Position numbers and translations under genes: made by a program | Assembly: GCA_032718475.1 (NCBI GenBank) | Contig: JAUCBJ010007483.1 | Coordinates: 1-60,119 of the forward strand | DNA length: 60,119 nucleotides | Direction: 5' to 3' | Source: Nemertoderma westbladi | Taxonomy: Eukaryota > Animalia > Xenacoelomorpha | Notes under the pieces: generated by a model | What the model was told of the DNA's origin: nothing | Databases searched by the model: none | What the model saw: only the letters and a program-made list of their open reading frames with translations | Shown: positions 40,613-51,847 of the stretch, in pieces | Position numbering within the stretch: the first letter of the stretch is position 1 | Layout: every line of letters starts with the position of its first letter

Positions 40613-41805
40613 TGTTCGCGCTTTTGAAGACCTTTAGCAGTTTAACCTGCCAAAATTTATATGTCTTTTAGTTAATTAACACACCTTTAGCATACGACAA
40701 TATTTTATGCTAATAAACAAAACATTAGCCGAAGCCAGCCCATGCGCGATCATTCACCCGATGGATACACCCGGGAGACTGAATTCGGATGCTTAGATTT
40801 TATTATTGCAGTGTAAGGTTGCAGTGTAAGCCTACTGTATTATTCGATTGATCGCTAATATGTAATTTCTGACAGATATTATTAACTTTCGGGAAATATT
40901 AACAGTTCCTTTAGGACGTGGCGCTCTATCTATTTAAACAGAGCTAGGACTTATACTAAACGCAACGATAAGGCTTATGATTAAAGTATAAGGCGCATTC
41001 TTTAGGAAATGCTTTGTTACCAGTCACATCACACTCACAATCATGCACACTATTCTGCCGACCGTCAGTATATTTGATCACACATAAAGAGAACAGCAAT
41101 TGACTCAGGTAGTGTCTACTAAATAACATTAGATTCAATACACACCACATTGATATAAATCGCAATTGTTATATATAGCCTGTCTCTCTAACCTGTAGTG
41201 TATCAAGAAATTGGGAAACTTGGGTGATTTATCAATATTCTCCAAATGACAATATTTCATCAACAAATCGATACAATTAATAACTGACGGTAAATAGCAG
41301 TACAAACAATATGATTAGTGCAGTTAAATTAAGTGAGGTAACACCGCCGGTAACAGTTATACTTTCTATAATCTAAGCAGTTTTTGCTAGAGTTGTTCCA
41401 AAAGCCGGTGTTATGGCGAAAAATGGGAACACAACAACAGAATCCTATAAAGAATCATATGACTACATGACTATACGAGGATACCAACTACCCTTATTCC
41501 CCGAAGCTCCCGTCCAACACAGAGGATGAGCATACAGATAGGAAATTCAGTTCAGTAGCTCTGGGATAGGTCAAAATCAACGCCCACTCAAATTCTATTG
41601 GCAGATACGGACAGCAGGGCTGAGGCAACCTCCCTAAGCTGGTTGGCCGATCGAACAGCACCCAGATCCCTTCGCACAGCAAATCAGCCAATCAGCCGGT
41701 AGCTTGCATTATTCTAGCTAGATATCCCTTTTTTAGAGTATTCAGCGACTGGGGGGAACTGGTTAGCAAAGCAAATGAATCAGTTATCCCATAAAAGCTT
41801 TTACA
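40613..41805 (-). repeat. 3' LTR of element 2
   Basis: TGT...ACA, matches 51848-53040 with few substitutions, and has the same GGGAGCGG tract adjacent. Confidence 0.95.
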
Positions 41806-41883
41806 CCGCTCCCAGAAAATGGGATTTAAGTCTATAAAATATACAAAATCACAGTTTCTAAAATATAAAAATACTCTAAACAG

Positions 41884-43333
41884 TTAGTCTTTCTTGCGCG
41901 GACGGCGTTTACGCAGTTTTTTAAAGCTAGCCAGAGTCTTTTTCTCTTTGGGGCGAGCCACTTTACAAGGAGGGCTATAACTCCTGGGTGAAGGGTGCAA
42001 TATGATTGCATCAGAGGGTATAGGATTATGGTCGGTGTATCCGCCAGTCGAAGTGCCGAGTTGATTGACATCAACGTCGGGGGAGAGGGGTCTAACGGCC
42101 TTTAGAGCGCGTTTTAGGACAGCCGCTCTTACGGGTCCTTTACGAGTGGTCTGAACGAGAGCCGTAGGTGGACCATAGGCAGTTAGAAACTTCCTGGGTT
42201 TAATGGTTCTTTCCAACTCGCGTTCGCGGGCTCGGTATTCGTAAGGCCGTCGATATACTTCCTGTAACTCGGGGTATGAGTTAACAAATAAGTCTCCATA
42301 GTCCGGGTCCTGACGGATATAACTGATTAAGTTATAGGAATGAAGGTTGCTAGGATTAACCCTCCTGAGAAATTTGCGTACGAACTTGGTTGAAATACAT
42401 TCTCCGACGCGCTTCAGTAGTTCGTAACTCGATATGCGTGATTTCTGTTCGACAGAAGCGAATAGATAAGGATGGAACGCATAAACTCCTTCGTAAGCGC
42501 GTCCAGGATAATAACGATGGCGCGAATCACAATGTAAATCAGCGTTCGCTTACCAAGCTCTGATGTAACGTAGCGTGATCATTTCATCTACGCTTTCCAA
42601 ATCGTGATTAAAAAGGGCAATGGAAACTGGCGCGTCCCTTTAGTTGACACTGGTGACATTGAGTCATAAATTGAGGGCAAACCGCAAAAATGTGCAAGTT
42701 ATTGAGTCTGTAATACGCGCAATAAATTTCCATCGTCGGTTGTTCGTGGAAATAGGAACAGCGGACGTTTGTGTCCATGGGCGTAACATGGTCTCTCGAT
42801 GCGCATAACCGACAACGTTGCCGAGAAACATAGTTGGCATGGCGATAATCGTACGCAGTGAGACACTGTGGACCTTGATATCATTCTAGGAGGTAATCGT
42901 TGTCGTTGTTCCGGGCGCGATAGGCTGAATCTCCTCAGATTCTAGGCATATTGGTTCGTCTTCCCAGTCTGTTACGAATAGAATTTTCGTGATCTATTCT
43001 CGGTTTATCGTTACGACGCCGCTGGGTATGATATTTAAATAGAACCATTTCCCTTTTGGTGTCTACATCGTCCGTATCATGTAAATCGATAGGATGGCCG
43101 GTAGTTAGGAGGTCAATATACGTATTATTACGATTCGTATAGCGAGCGGTGAATTTTCGATAGTCCAATTCACGCGTAAGTTGCTCTTGGGACATCGGCG
43201 GTTCGATATAGCGACCATCGTCCTCCGTAATGGTTGGATCGGTTTCACCGCGTATCAAGCTATCCACAAATGCTTGTAAAGGTAGAGTATATCGCTCTCT
43301 AATACCAAGGTCATCTTCTATCAATTCCGTCAT
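41884..43333 (-). pseudogene. Element 2 accessory ORF2, internally deleted and frameshifted
   Basis: Homologous to 10658-11680 and 13335-13702. About 1.65 kb is missing at a junction near 42965. Confidence 0.8.
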
Positions 43334-44953
43334 ATCTGCTATCTGAGTTTATTAATATCAGTATGAGATAATATTTAGGCAAGCGGGCGTCGCTGCCTAC
43401 TAGTCTTTGCCCCCGGACAGTGGGTTTCTCAGCGCCGATGTACCGTCGTCGCGGTGTTTACACCAACATGTAGCAACAGCACGACAACGATAACCGGCAC
43501 AAGTCCCACCACTGTCCGTCCCAAAGGCTTGAATCCACTTGAGGTTATCTCGGTAGAGTTAGGGCTACTTTACAATTGCGATTAGCTACTGTAAACACAC
43601 TTTAGTAGTAACATTCACCTATAAACGCACAAATTCCATACAATCATTACTTACTGCACACATGCAGGCCATTTGTCCGTTAATCAGTGTCTTCCAGAAT
43701 GTCACGTTATTACTATGTATCCTTGGATACTAATAGTGCGCTATGTATATTCTTATGCTACGCAATGGGGCAAGCTTTTTATTGTTCCTTTAACTTGCTT
43801 CTAATTCTAGCGTGGGTGTTGCCATGGTGACATTATGGAAAACTAGCGGTAGAATTAGGGTAATTCTCATGCATACAGATCTGGGATGCTATTTAATAGT
43901 AATTCTTTAATTGTCAATATCCTCTTTATGCATGATTTTATAAATTTTATCGGCTATTGACTATATGTTGGAGATTCTCGCACTCTAGTACACTCAATAT
44001 GAATCTCCGCTCCCATGATCTATTAATTACTGGAATTTTGGGAATGTTATAAATTGCACAAAATGACAATTTATGAAATTCATTTAAATATGAATTTAAA
44101 TTTATTCCCGTGAATTTTATTATTTGATGTTAAATTGACACCAATTTTATTCCAGAGCATATCTGGGGACTTAGGATCCTTGATTCTATAAAATAGTCCT
44201 TCTAAGAATATCGGTAAATACTGCGATATCTTAATTGACTAGAAATTTTAAAGGATCGGGATTTTACAGATTTTAATAAATATTAAATTAATATTTAGGA
44301 TGAGCACCGATTTATTCCAGAACTTGTCTGGGGACGTTAACCACTGATTCTAGAATTTGTCTTTCAAGTATATCGGTGGGTGCCACGATATCTTAATCGA
44401 CTAGAATTACAGATGGTCAAAAAGTTTAACAGATTTATTTGCGATTTACGCTACTGTTAGAGGGACATCACGCTACTATATGTATTATTTGTTATAAGGT
44501 AGAAGAGCAATATCGCACGAAGCAATGTCAGTGTGAAGAGGCAAGTCGTTTCCAAGGTCTACCCAGAGCTTGGTTTAGCCGAGACACGAGGATCTGAACT
44601 TTGCATTCCTAATACTCTGCCTACCAATAATACTTTAATATAGTAGTGGCTTTATTGTACTTTAATAAGTACTGACATGTCATCTTACTATAGTCTCGCA
44701 TTTATAATATAATACGGACAGTAAGGAAAGAGAAAAATAAATATTTCTTGCCGTCGCACTAAATATATTGTAAGTAATTAAATACGTAATAAACACTAAT
44801 ATATTGCACTAATTTACTAAATATTCTAAAATAACATTCTACTAAATAAAATTAAAGAAAACGATTATAATAAAATTACATAATAATACATACATAAATA
44901 TAAAATAAAAACAAATATAAAATGATATAGTCACACGCCCACTCCATATGTTA

Positions 44954-47900
44954 TTACGTTATGGAGTCCCTAGATATTTGTCGGATTAGGGAAGTGGTCG
45001 TAGGAAGAGTATCTTGCCTTCCATAGTTTCCGGACAGTTTTCGGTCTCTTTCCAGTAAACATAAACGACTAGCTGGGCGATTGAGTTGTTGTGTTAGTTT
45101 CTCCGCTCCCTTGGCCTGTCTACTCTCCGCCGTGGTAAGATGAGGAGGCCATTCTTCTTCTTCTTTACTTAAGAAGTCGGATCCACCTAACCAGCTTGGA
45201 GTATCTATCAGTTCTTGAGGAGTTGCTCCTCTGGAAGCGATGTCGGCTGGATTAATCGTCCCAAGGCAATGTCTCCATTGATCTACATCGGAGTTAATAT
45301 CGTCATTATCTGAGGAGTATGGTGTTCCCTCAGTTGGATCGTCCACATCACTGCTCTCCACTTCCCATTCCTTTACTTGGTATACCTGTTGTTGAGGTAA
45401 TCTCTCTTTGAGAGTTCTACGGGAAGGGCCAGTGAAGTACCAACCTACTCTAGTTCTTACCGCATAGGTTTGTAGTGGCTGCGGTTGAGCAGGCCGTTTC
45501 TCCAATGTCTCGAGCGCCTCATGCGCGTTTTGGCCGATGAGTATTTGCACTCCAGGATAATCTGTCTGGAATCGAGGTATCTTAAGATGTTGGATGCTCT
45601 CATCCTCGTCCCAATTATAAAGGTCTGCTTGGGTAGTAGCGAAGTTCTTTATAGCCACCATTTTTACCGACCTTATACCTTGTGCTCCTAATTTATCCTG
45701 GGGGGTGGACAACACACCTACATAGTAATCTGCCGTTAGGGTAGATTTCCAAACCTGCATAATTCCTGACATATTCAATTTAGTCCGGAACTTGGGTTGT
45801 CCAGCAAAGATATCTTCGGCTAGTTCTTGATCGATGAATGTTCCTGTGCTGCCGGAGTCAAGGAGGGCGTTCACTATGTAGCTTTTGTTAAGACCGTGAA
45901 CTCTTACTTGAACTACAGGAAATTCTCTGATTCCTACGTTGGAAGCTGGAGCTTTCCAAGATGGTTGTTTGGCGAAAGTAGTTGGGGGAAACTCATCGTT
46001 GATGTCCTTTTCGTAAGTAAGTGCTCGATACACTGCGGTATTTATTAGATAACAGGATTCATTGGTGTCGGAGAATTCGTCAGTATAGAATCCTTCCATC
46101 TCAGACTCTTGATCAGTGTCGTTTACGTCACTGAATTGGACATGTAGTTCGGGCTCACTTACCTGACTCTGTCTGTCTCGTTCGAACTCACTGTGTAACA
46201 AGATGTGATGTTTCGCGCCACACTTTGCACACTTTATGTCGGAGTAACAGGTTCGCCGTTGATGTCCTGGTCTGAGGCAATTATAGCATAACCGCTTGTC
46301 CCACAGGACTGTACGTCTGTCTACAAGGGATTTCTTTAGAAATTCAGCACACGCACTCAAACGGTGGGGCCCGTCGCACAGCGCACATTTTGGTTTGATG
46401 TTACTCACCTTAACTTGGTTAACGTTATGCAATCTCGTTCTTTCTTCGGGCTTTCTTCCGTGAATTCTCTTAAGAGACGTAGGAGGAGTTGTTGTTACCT
46501 GTTCTCTCCTGTCACTGGTTCGAGACTTGTATTTACTTACGTCTTTATAGGTCTTGTTGTCATAGTAAGATTTTGCTGTGTCTTTCCCGCTGTCCTCTTC
46601 TTGGGAAGCTTGGCTTTCGCCGTCGTCAGTGTAACACACCGGTGTTACTCTTCTCCTAGAAGTGGGTTTCTCACTTACCTTATTTTCCGATGTTTTCTCT
46701 CTGGACTGCTTGATGAGTTGTAGTTTTACTTCACTATCTAAGAAGGACATGAGATCAGCCATGGTAGGACTTCGTCGTTGTTGTTCATTCATGTACAACA
46801 CTTTCTTGTCCCAGCGTGTACATACTCCACCCTTTGGTAAAGTAGAGACTACGGCTCCAATAACCATGGAACTCTGATATTCATGCGACTTACCTAACCA
46901 GTCCAGTTGTCTACAGATCTCTTGAATTTCATCGGAAAACTCTATAATCCCGCTACTAAGGAAGTGTCGGGGGGCTACTAATTTTGCATACAAATACTTA
47001 GCTATGTTATCCTTGTTACCATACCTGATGTTTAATGTATCCCAAACTTGTCTTAATCCATCTGGATGTCCAATAAACTTTAACGCCATTAACTTGGGAG
47101 GTCCTTCCAAGCACTTGATGAGGAATCTAAGTTTCTCTCCGTTAGATAGTACAGAGTTCTGTATGCTATCTTTGTAATATTCGTTGAAAGGTAACCATTT
47201 CATCTCATCTCCATTGAATTTGACGATCTCTCCCACTTTGACCGCTTGGCGGGCTTCTGTTCTAGCCATCTGACGCGTAAAGCTTTCTTGGGCCATCGTG
47301 TTATTTAATATCGAATTATCGGTATATAAATTTCTCGGATCATTATCAGGTCTATAGGGAATATCATTAATAACAGGTCTATAATCACCCTTAATAGGGT
47401 TTGTTATAGGAGTTTCAACTTCACTAGCAGTATAGATGCGTGTAGGCTCCACACCTTGCGCATGTAATACTTCAGGCCTAACAGGTTGACACAATGTTAC
47501 AGGGGGTATTGGTATGCCCTTTTGGATATTGACTAATTTGTCGCGTTCTAGTGCGATACTTTGCTGCACTTCTTGCAACTGTGCTCTACCTTCCCTCACT
47601 GTTCCCTTAAGTTGGTGGACAGTCTCCTGCATCTGTCCTAGCAGGAGATTCATCCCCCGCCGTCCCTCTTCTACCCACTCAACCGCCGAAGCGGGAGTCG
47701 CCAACATAGTAGCGGGCTGACGCGGGACGACGGGAGACAAATCTTTGATTTCTCTCTCTGCTATCCGGACAGGGATATTCTCTTGGACTGTTCTACCGGG
47801 TACAGGCAGTGTAGTACTATGTAAAGGGAATTTAGAGTTAAGCTCTGGAAGTACAGGGGTCTCTAACACAGAAGTGACTTTGGGAACGACAGGCCTAATT

Positions 47901-49603
47901 ATTTCAGGCTCATCAACTATTGTAGGGAGTCTTTTGACCTTAATACTTTGGGCTGTAGGTTCTATACTACTCAAGTCTGTGCTAGCTAGCTGTCTTCTAA
48001 CAGCTGGGGGCAAATCAGGCAATTTGCGACGGTAAGATGTTTTTCTACGCCTACTTAGATGAGATCTATTTCCTCCGCCTTCAGGATCGGTGGTCTCGCC
48101 TTCCTCCGAGGATGTGTATCCCTGGCGCTTGGGAGTAGATTTTCTCATCATCTGCATTTGATTAGCAGTAAACTGTTTATTTATACTGTCTTGCGTCTCT
48201 TGCAGATTTTCCAACTCCAGTTGGATAGTCTCCTCAGAAGCTCTCCGTTCTGCTTCTGCCACTGCTGCTTTTCTTTCTGCTTCTGCTTCTGCCGCCTTTC
48301 TTTCGGCTTCTGCTTCTGCTTCTGCCGACTTTCTTTCGGCTTCTGCTTCTGCTTCTGCCGACTTTCTTTCGGCTTCTGCTTCTGCCGACTTTCTTTCGGC
48401 TTCTGCTTCTGCCGCCGCTGCTGCTGCCACCTTTCTTTTCTCTATCCATTCTTTCTTTACTTGTTCTTCTCGGACTCTAGTGAGGCGGAGTTTTTCATCA
48501 CATTCAGCTTGGTTTGCAGCTAACATTTCGGCATCGATTGAGTCCAACACAAGCTTGGTTCCTTCACTATTAGGGGAAAGTCCAGACAGCCGTCTCCTCA
48601 ACTCTTCGTCTCCTAGGAATCGCTGATAGTCGGACAAATAAATGTCGATAGCGTCTCTAGTTCGCGGTTTCTCGGCGGTCTCTTCGCTTTCCGCTTGAGA
48701 AAGGGTGACATCAGTTTGTTCTTCATAGGGTGATCTCTCAGCCAGCTGGGATTTCCACTGGGCCGTTTCCTGTACTTTGAGATCTACCCGATGTAACCAA
48801 GTTTTGACAGCAACTTGCAGCGACGTGTCCTGTCTTCTCTTGGAAGTTTCCTCAAAGGCTGAGAGGATTAGTCGAATGCGTAGGGTTCTTTCGCGTACTT
48901 GGTATAGCAGCTCTTCCTGCTCTTGAGGTCCTTGAAGTTGTCGAAACAGTTGTTCTTCCAATCGCTCCAAGGAGCCGAAGAATCCCTGCACATATCCTGC
49001 TGCCGACCTCTTCCAAACAGCTGGATCCATTGTATCTTTAGCCACTCCCATCCTGTGTATATCTTCCCAAGTAGCCTCGGACAGATCCAACGGGAGTCCG
49101 AGTCCGGGAAAGTTCCATTGTGACTCGACAATAGACATCAATTCTTCCCTGGCGTATCCCGCATAATTATCTTGGGTCGCTCGCTTATTCCTCGCCCAGT
49201 CGGCTTGATGTTCCTCCACCGCAATGAATATAGTAGTTAGCACTGCAGCAGGAAGGGTAAGAAGGGGGTCCGAGTAGACTGTAGCAGCCATCTGCACTCC
49301 GCTTTCGGGGGTTAGCTCTACCGTATCTGAACTACTGGAGCTATCGGGTCGCTGGGAAGTAGGTTCTTGACCAAGATGTTGCTGCGATGGGACAACTGCC
49401 TCTTGGTTCCATTTGACCTGTGCCCGAGTGCCTATGATGGACCTATGGTGGATTAGCCTAGGGTCTGATACTACTGGAGGGATGACCTTTCTTGCAGTAG
49501 GAGGTGAGCTGAACTCCTTTCTTAATCGCTCCACACTCCTATCTGTGTCACAGATAGTTGTATCGATCAGACTGTCTGACAGGTTTTGCTGAGTGTCAGA
49601 CAT
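44954..49603 (-). CDS. gag: Intact 1549-aa Bel/Pao Gag-aspartic protease fused to an RNase H C-terminal remnant
   Basis: Coiled-coil N-terminus, DUF1759-like KFNGDEMKW...EKLRFLIKCLEG, triple zinc knuckle (CALCDGPHRLSAC, CYNCLRPGHQRRTC, CAKCGAKHHILLH), protease ALLDSGS/ILIG/RTRVGW, then QWRHCLGTINPADIASRG...WP. Confidence 0.93.
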   Translation of the reverse strand: MSDTQQNLSDSLIDTTICDTDRSVERLRKEFSSPPTARKVIPPVVSDPRLIHHRSIIGTRAQVKWNQEAVVPSQQHLGQEPTSQRPDSSSSSDTVELTPESGVQMAATVYSDPLLTLPAAVLTTIFIAVEEHQADWARNKRATQDNYAGYAREELMSIVESQWNFPGLGLPLDLSEATWEDIHRMGVAKDTMDPAVWKRSAAGYVQGFFGSLERLEEQLFRQLQGPQEQEELLYQVRERTLRIRLILSAFEETSKRRQDTSLQVAVKTWLHRVDLKVQETAQWKSQLAERSPYEEQTDVTLSQAESEETAEKPRTRDAIDIYLSDYQRFLGDEELRRRLSGLSPNSEGTKLVLDSIDAEMLAANQAECDEKLRLTRVREEQVKKEWIEKRKVAAAAAAEAEAERKSAEAEAERKSAEAEAEAERKSAEAEAEAERKAAEAEAERKAAVAEAERRASEETIQLELENLQETQDSINKQFTANQMQMMRKSTPKRQGYTSSEEGETTDPEGGGNRSHLSRRRKTSYRRKLPDLPPAVRRQLASTDLSSIEPTAQSIKVKRLPTIVDEPEIIRPVVPKVTSVLETPVLPELNSKFPLHSTTLPVPGRTVQENIPVRIAEREIKDLSPVVPRQPATMLATPASAVEWVEEGRRGMNLLLGQMQETVHQLKGTVREGRAQLQEVQQSIALERDKLVNIQKGIPIPPVTLCQPVRPEVLHAQGVEPTRIYTASEVETPITNPIKGDYRPVINDIPYRPDNDPRNLYTDNSILNNTMAQESFTRQMARTEARQAVKVGEIVKFNGDEMKWLPFNEYYKDSIQNSVLSNGEKLRFLIKCLEGPPKLMALKFIGHPDGLRQVWDTLNIRYGNKDNIAKYLYAKLVAPRHFLSSGIIEFSDEIQEICRQLDWLGKSHEYQSSMVIGAVVSTLPKGGVCTRWDKKVLYMNEQQRRSPTMADLMSFLDSEVKLQLIKQSREKTSENKVSEKPTSRRRVTPVCYTDDGESQASQEEDSGKDTAKSYYDNKTYKDVSKYKSRTSDRREQVTTTPPTSLKRIHGRKPEERTRLHNVNQVKVSNIKPKCALCDGPHRLSACAEFLKKSLVDRRTVLWDKRLCYNCLRPGHQRRTCYSDIKCAKCGAKHHILLHSEFERDRQSQVSEPELHVQFSDVNDTDQESEMEGFYTDEFSDTNESCYLINTAVYRALTYEKDINDEFPPTTFAKQPSWKAPASNVGIREFPVVQVRVHGLNKSYIVNALLDSGSTGTFIDQELAEDIFAGQPKFRTKLNMSGIMQVWKSTLTADYYVGVLSTPQDKLGAQGIRSVKMVAIKNFATTQADLYNWDEDESIQHLKIPRFQTDYPGVQILIGQNAHEALETLEKRPAQPQPLQTYAVRTRVGWYFTGPSRRTLKERLPQQQVYQVKEWEVESSDVDDPTEGTPYSSDNDDINSDVDQWRHCLGTINPADIASRGATPQELIDTPSWLGGSDFLSKEEEEWPPHLTTAESRQAKGAEKLTQQLNRPASRLCLLERDRKLSGNYGRQDTLPTTTSLIRQISRDSIT

Positions 49604-51836
49604 GTTTAGCTATACGGTTGAATGTCTACTACTATAGTTTCAGTTAAAGCAGGTCTGGTAATTCAGTATGACCGCAAGCCTAGCGATTTATTACCTATAC
49701 CGTTACTCGGTGTAACGTGATATATATACAATATATTAGAATACCGGTATGCTTATAATATATATATAAGTATTATTACAGACTAGATTTGTCACAGAGT
49801 ACCGGTATATAATTTTAGCACAAATATATATAAATATATAATAGGCCTATCGTGAATACCGGTAGACAGCTTACACTTATAGTATATATAAGTATAATTA
49901 TGAACTAGAATTAATTACAGAATACCGGTATGATTTCAGCTCAAATTTATAGAAATAAATATAATAAGCCTATGGTAAGTACCGGTATGTCAATTATTTT
50001 TAGAATAATTGAATTTCTGAATATTTTAGGGTTACTTGGTTACTTTAACTTACTTTATTACCGTTATTTAAGCAGTAGTCCAACTGATATTGAGACCTAG
50101 TTGTTGTATGGCAGGCCTACTATTTATAAATCGTTTGAGTTGATTTATAATATATATATACCCGTTTAAATGGGTTTTTGTCAATATTTGAAATAAATGT
50201 TATTATTTCTGGGGGGTCACTACACAGAAGCTGTGCGCTCTCAGTGAAGTGCTATTTAGTTGACACTAAAACTGATAATTCTAATTTACCTAAGTTACTT
50301 AATACTACAAATTACTTACGATATGGGTGAGATTAATTCTCTAATTAAACACAACAAAATATTACGTACGAAATTTTTAGGGTAATTTTACAGGAAGTCT
50401 ACAAACCAGACTAACAAAGGGTTAGATTACTGGTTATTACAACGGACAGGGTACTACGGTATTTGAAATAATAAGTAGCAGTAAATATATTGCGTTGTCC
50501 AGATAGGAAAATACCACCACCTGACGACCTATAACAGTATCGCTATAGGTACTACGTTATGTATCACGGAGTGTTCCTACCTAGAAGTTAATAGTGCTAA
50601 CGAATGTGCCTATCAACCACTTTACAACACAAATATACTAATTACTTCGGAAAGCACTGTACACTAAACCCTAAATTAGGTACAAGTACCGGTATAACCA
50701 ATAATCAGTAGTTAAATATACTTGAACAGTTAAAAGAACCACGGCATCTGCTGGAGTGACCAGAGCACAAAGTCACCAGTCTTGTCCTACGCCAAGCAGC
50801 CCGTGTAGTACCGGGGTTAATTTAACTATAACGGTATGTATAACAAGCACAATTACTGTAGGAATAAACTTGGGGACATGAATGTTGCGAATAATCGCAT
50901 AAACTCTGAATAATAAATATTACGCTACCCGTACAGAATACTCAAACAAAATACAAACCAAACGCTGGCAGACTACCACCAAGCCTAAATAAACTACCGT
51001 ACGTGTAGATTCTGAAATTGTTAGTTAGTATGCGTTCTAACACGGTAGTACAACTTATTCTTTAAGAGGGGATTGACCTTACAGCATATGGCTGCCCCAA
51101 CTTACTAACGGCACTTTGTCAGACAAACTCCACACACCCAGCAATCTCTTCAGACCTAATAATAGCTAGACAACAATCCAGCCTACAAAATATCTGAGTA
51201 ATAACTATTACGGTACCTGAACAGACCACACAAACAAACACAGGCTAAAACGCTGGCAGACTACGATCAAGCCTAAATAAACTACAGTATATGCAGATTC
51301 TGAAACAGTTAGTTAGTATGCGTTCTAACACGGTAGTACGACTTATTCTTTAAGAGGGGATTGACCTTACAGCATATGGCTGCCCCAACTTACTAACGGC
51401 ACTTTATCAGACAAACTCTACACACGCCGTAATCTCTCCAAACCCAACAACAGTCAGACAGCAGTTCAGCCTACAATTATCTGAACAATCTGAACAGACT
51501 TACACGTCTTCAGCTCAATATTAACTTACTAGGAAATAAAACCGACAGAAATAAGTAAAATCTCAATAAAAACCAGGGCGGCCGTCCCTGATAAATACTA
51601 AGACCTACCGGTATACAATAATCAAATTCGAATAATACTAATGTACTTATACAGCAGTACCGGTTAGGACAGTTGGGCCTACAGACCTACAGAAGTACCG
51701 GTTCTGGCAGTTGGACCTACGGACCTACAGCAGTACCGGTTCTGGCAGTTGGGCCTACTGACCTACAGAAGTACCGGTTCAGGTTTACCGGTCACTACGG
51801 TATTTTGCAACCTTATTGCTTACTGCAATAAGATCG

Positions 51837-51847
51837 ATAACTGTTAC
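51837..51847 (-). promoter_or_regulatory. Non-tRNA primer-binding site candidate, element 2
   Basis: ataactgttac is the exact reverse complement of gtaacagttat at 52585-52595 in the LTR. Confidence 0.65.
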
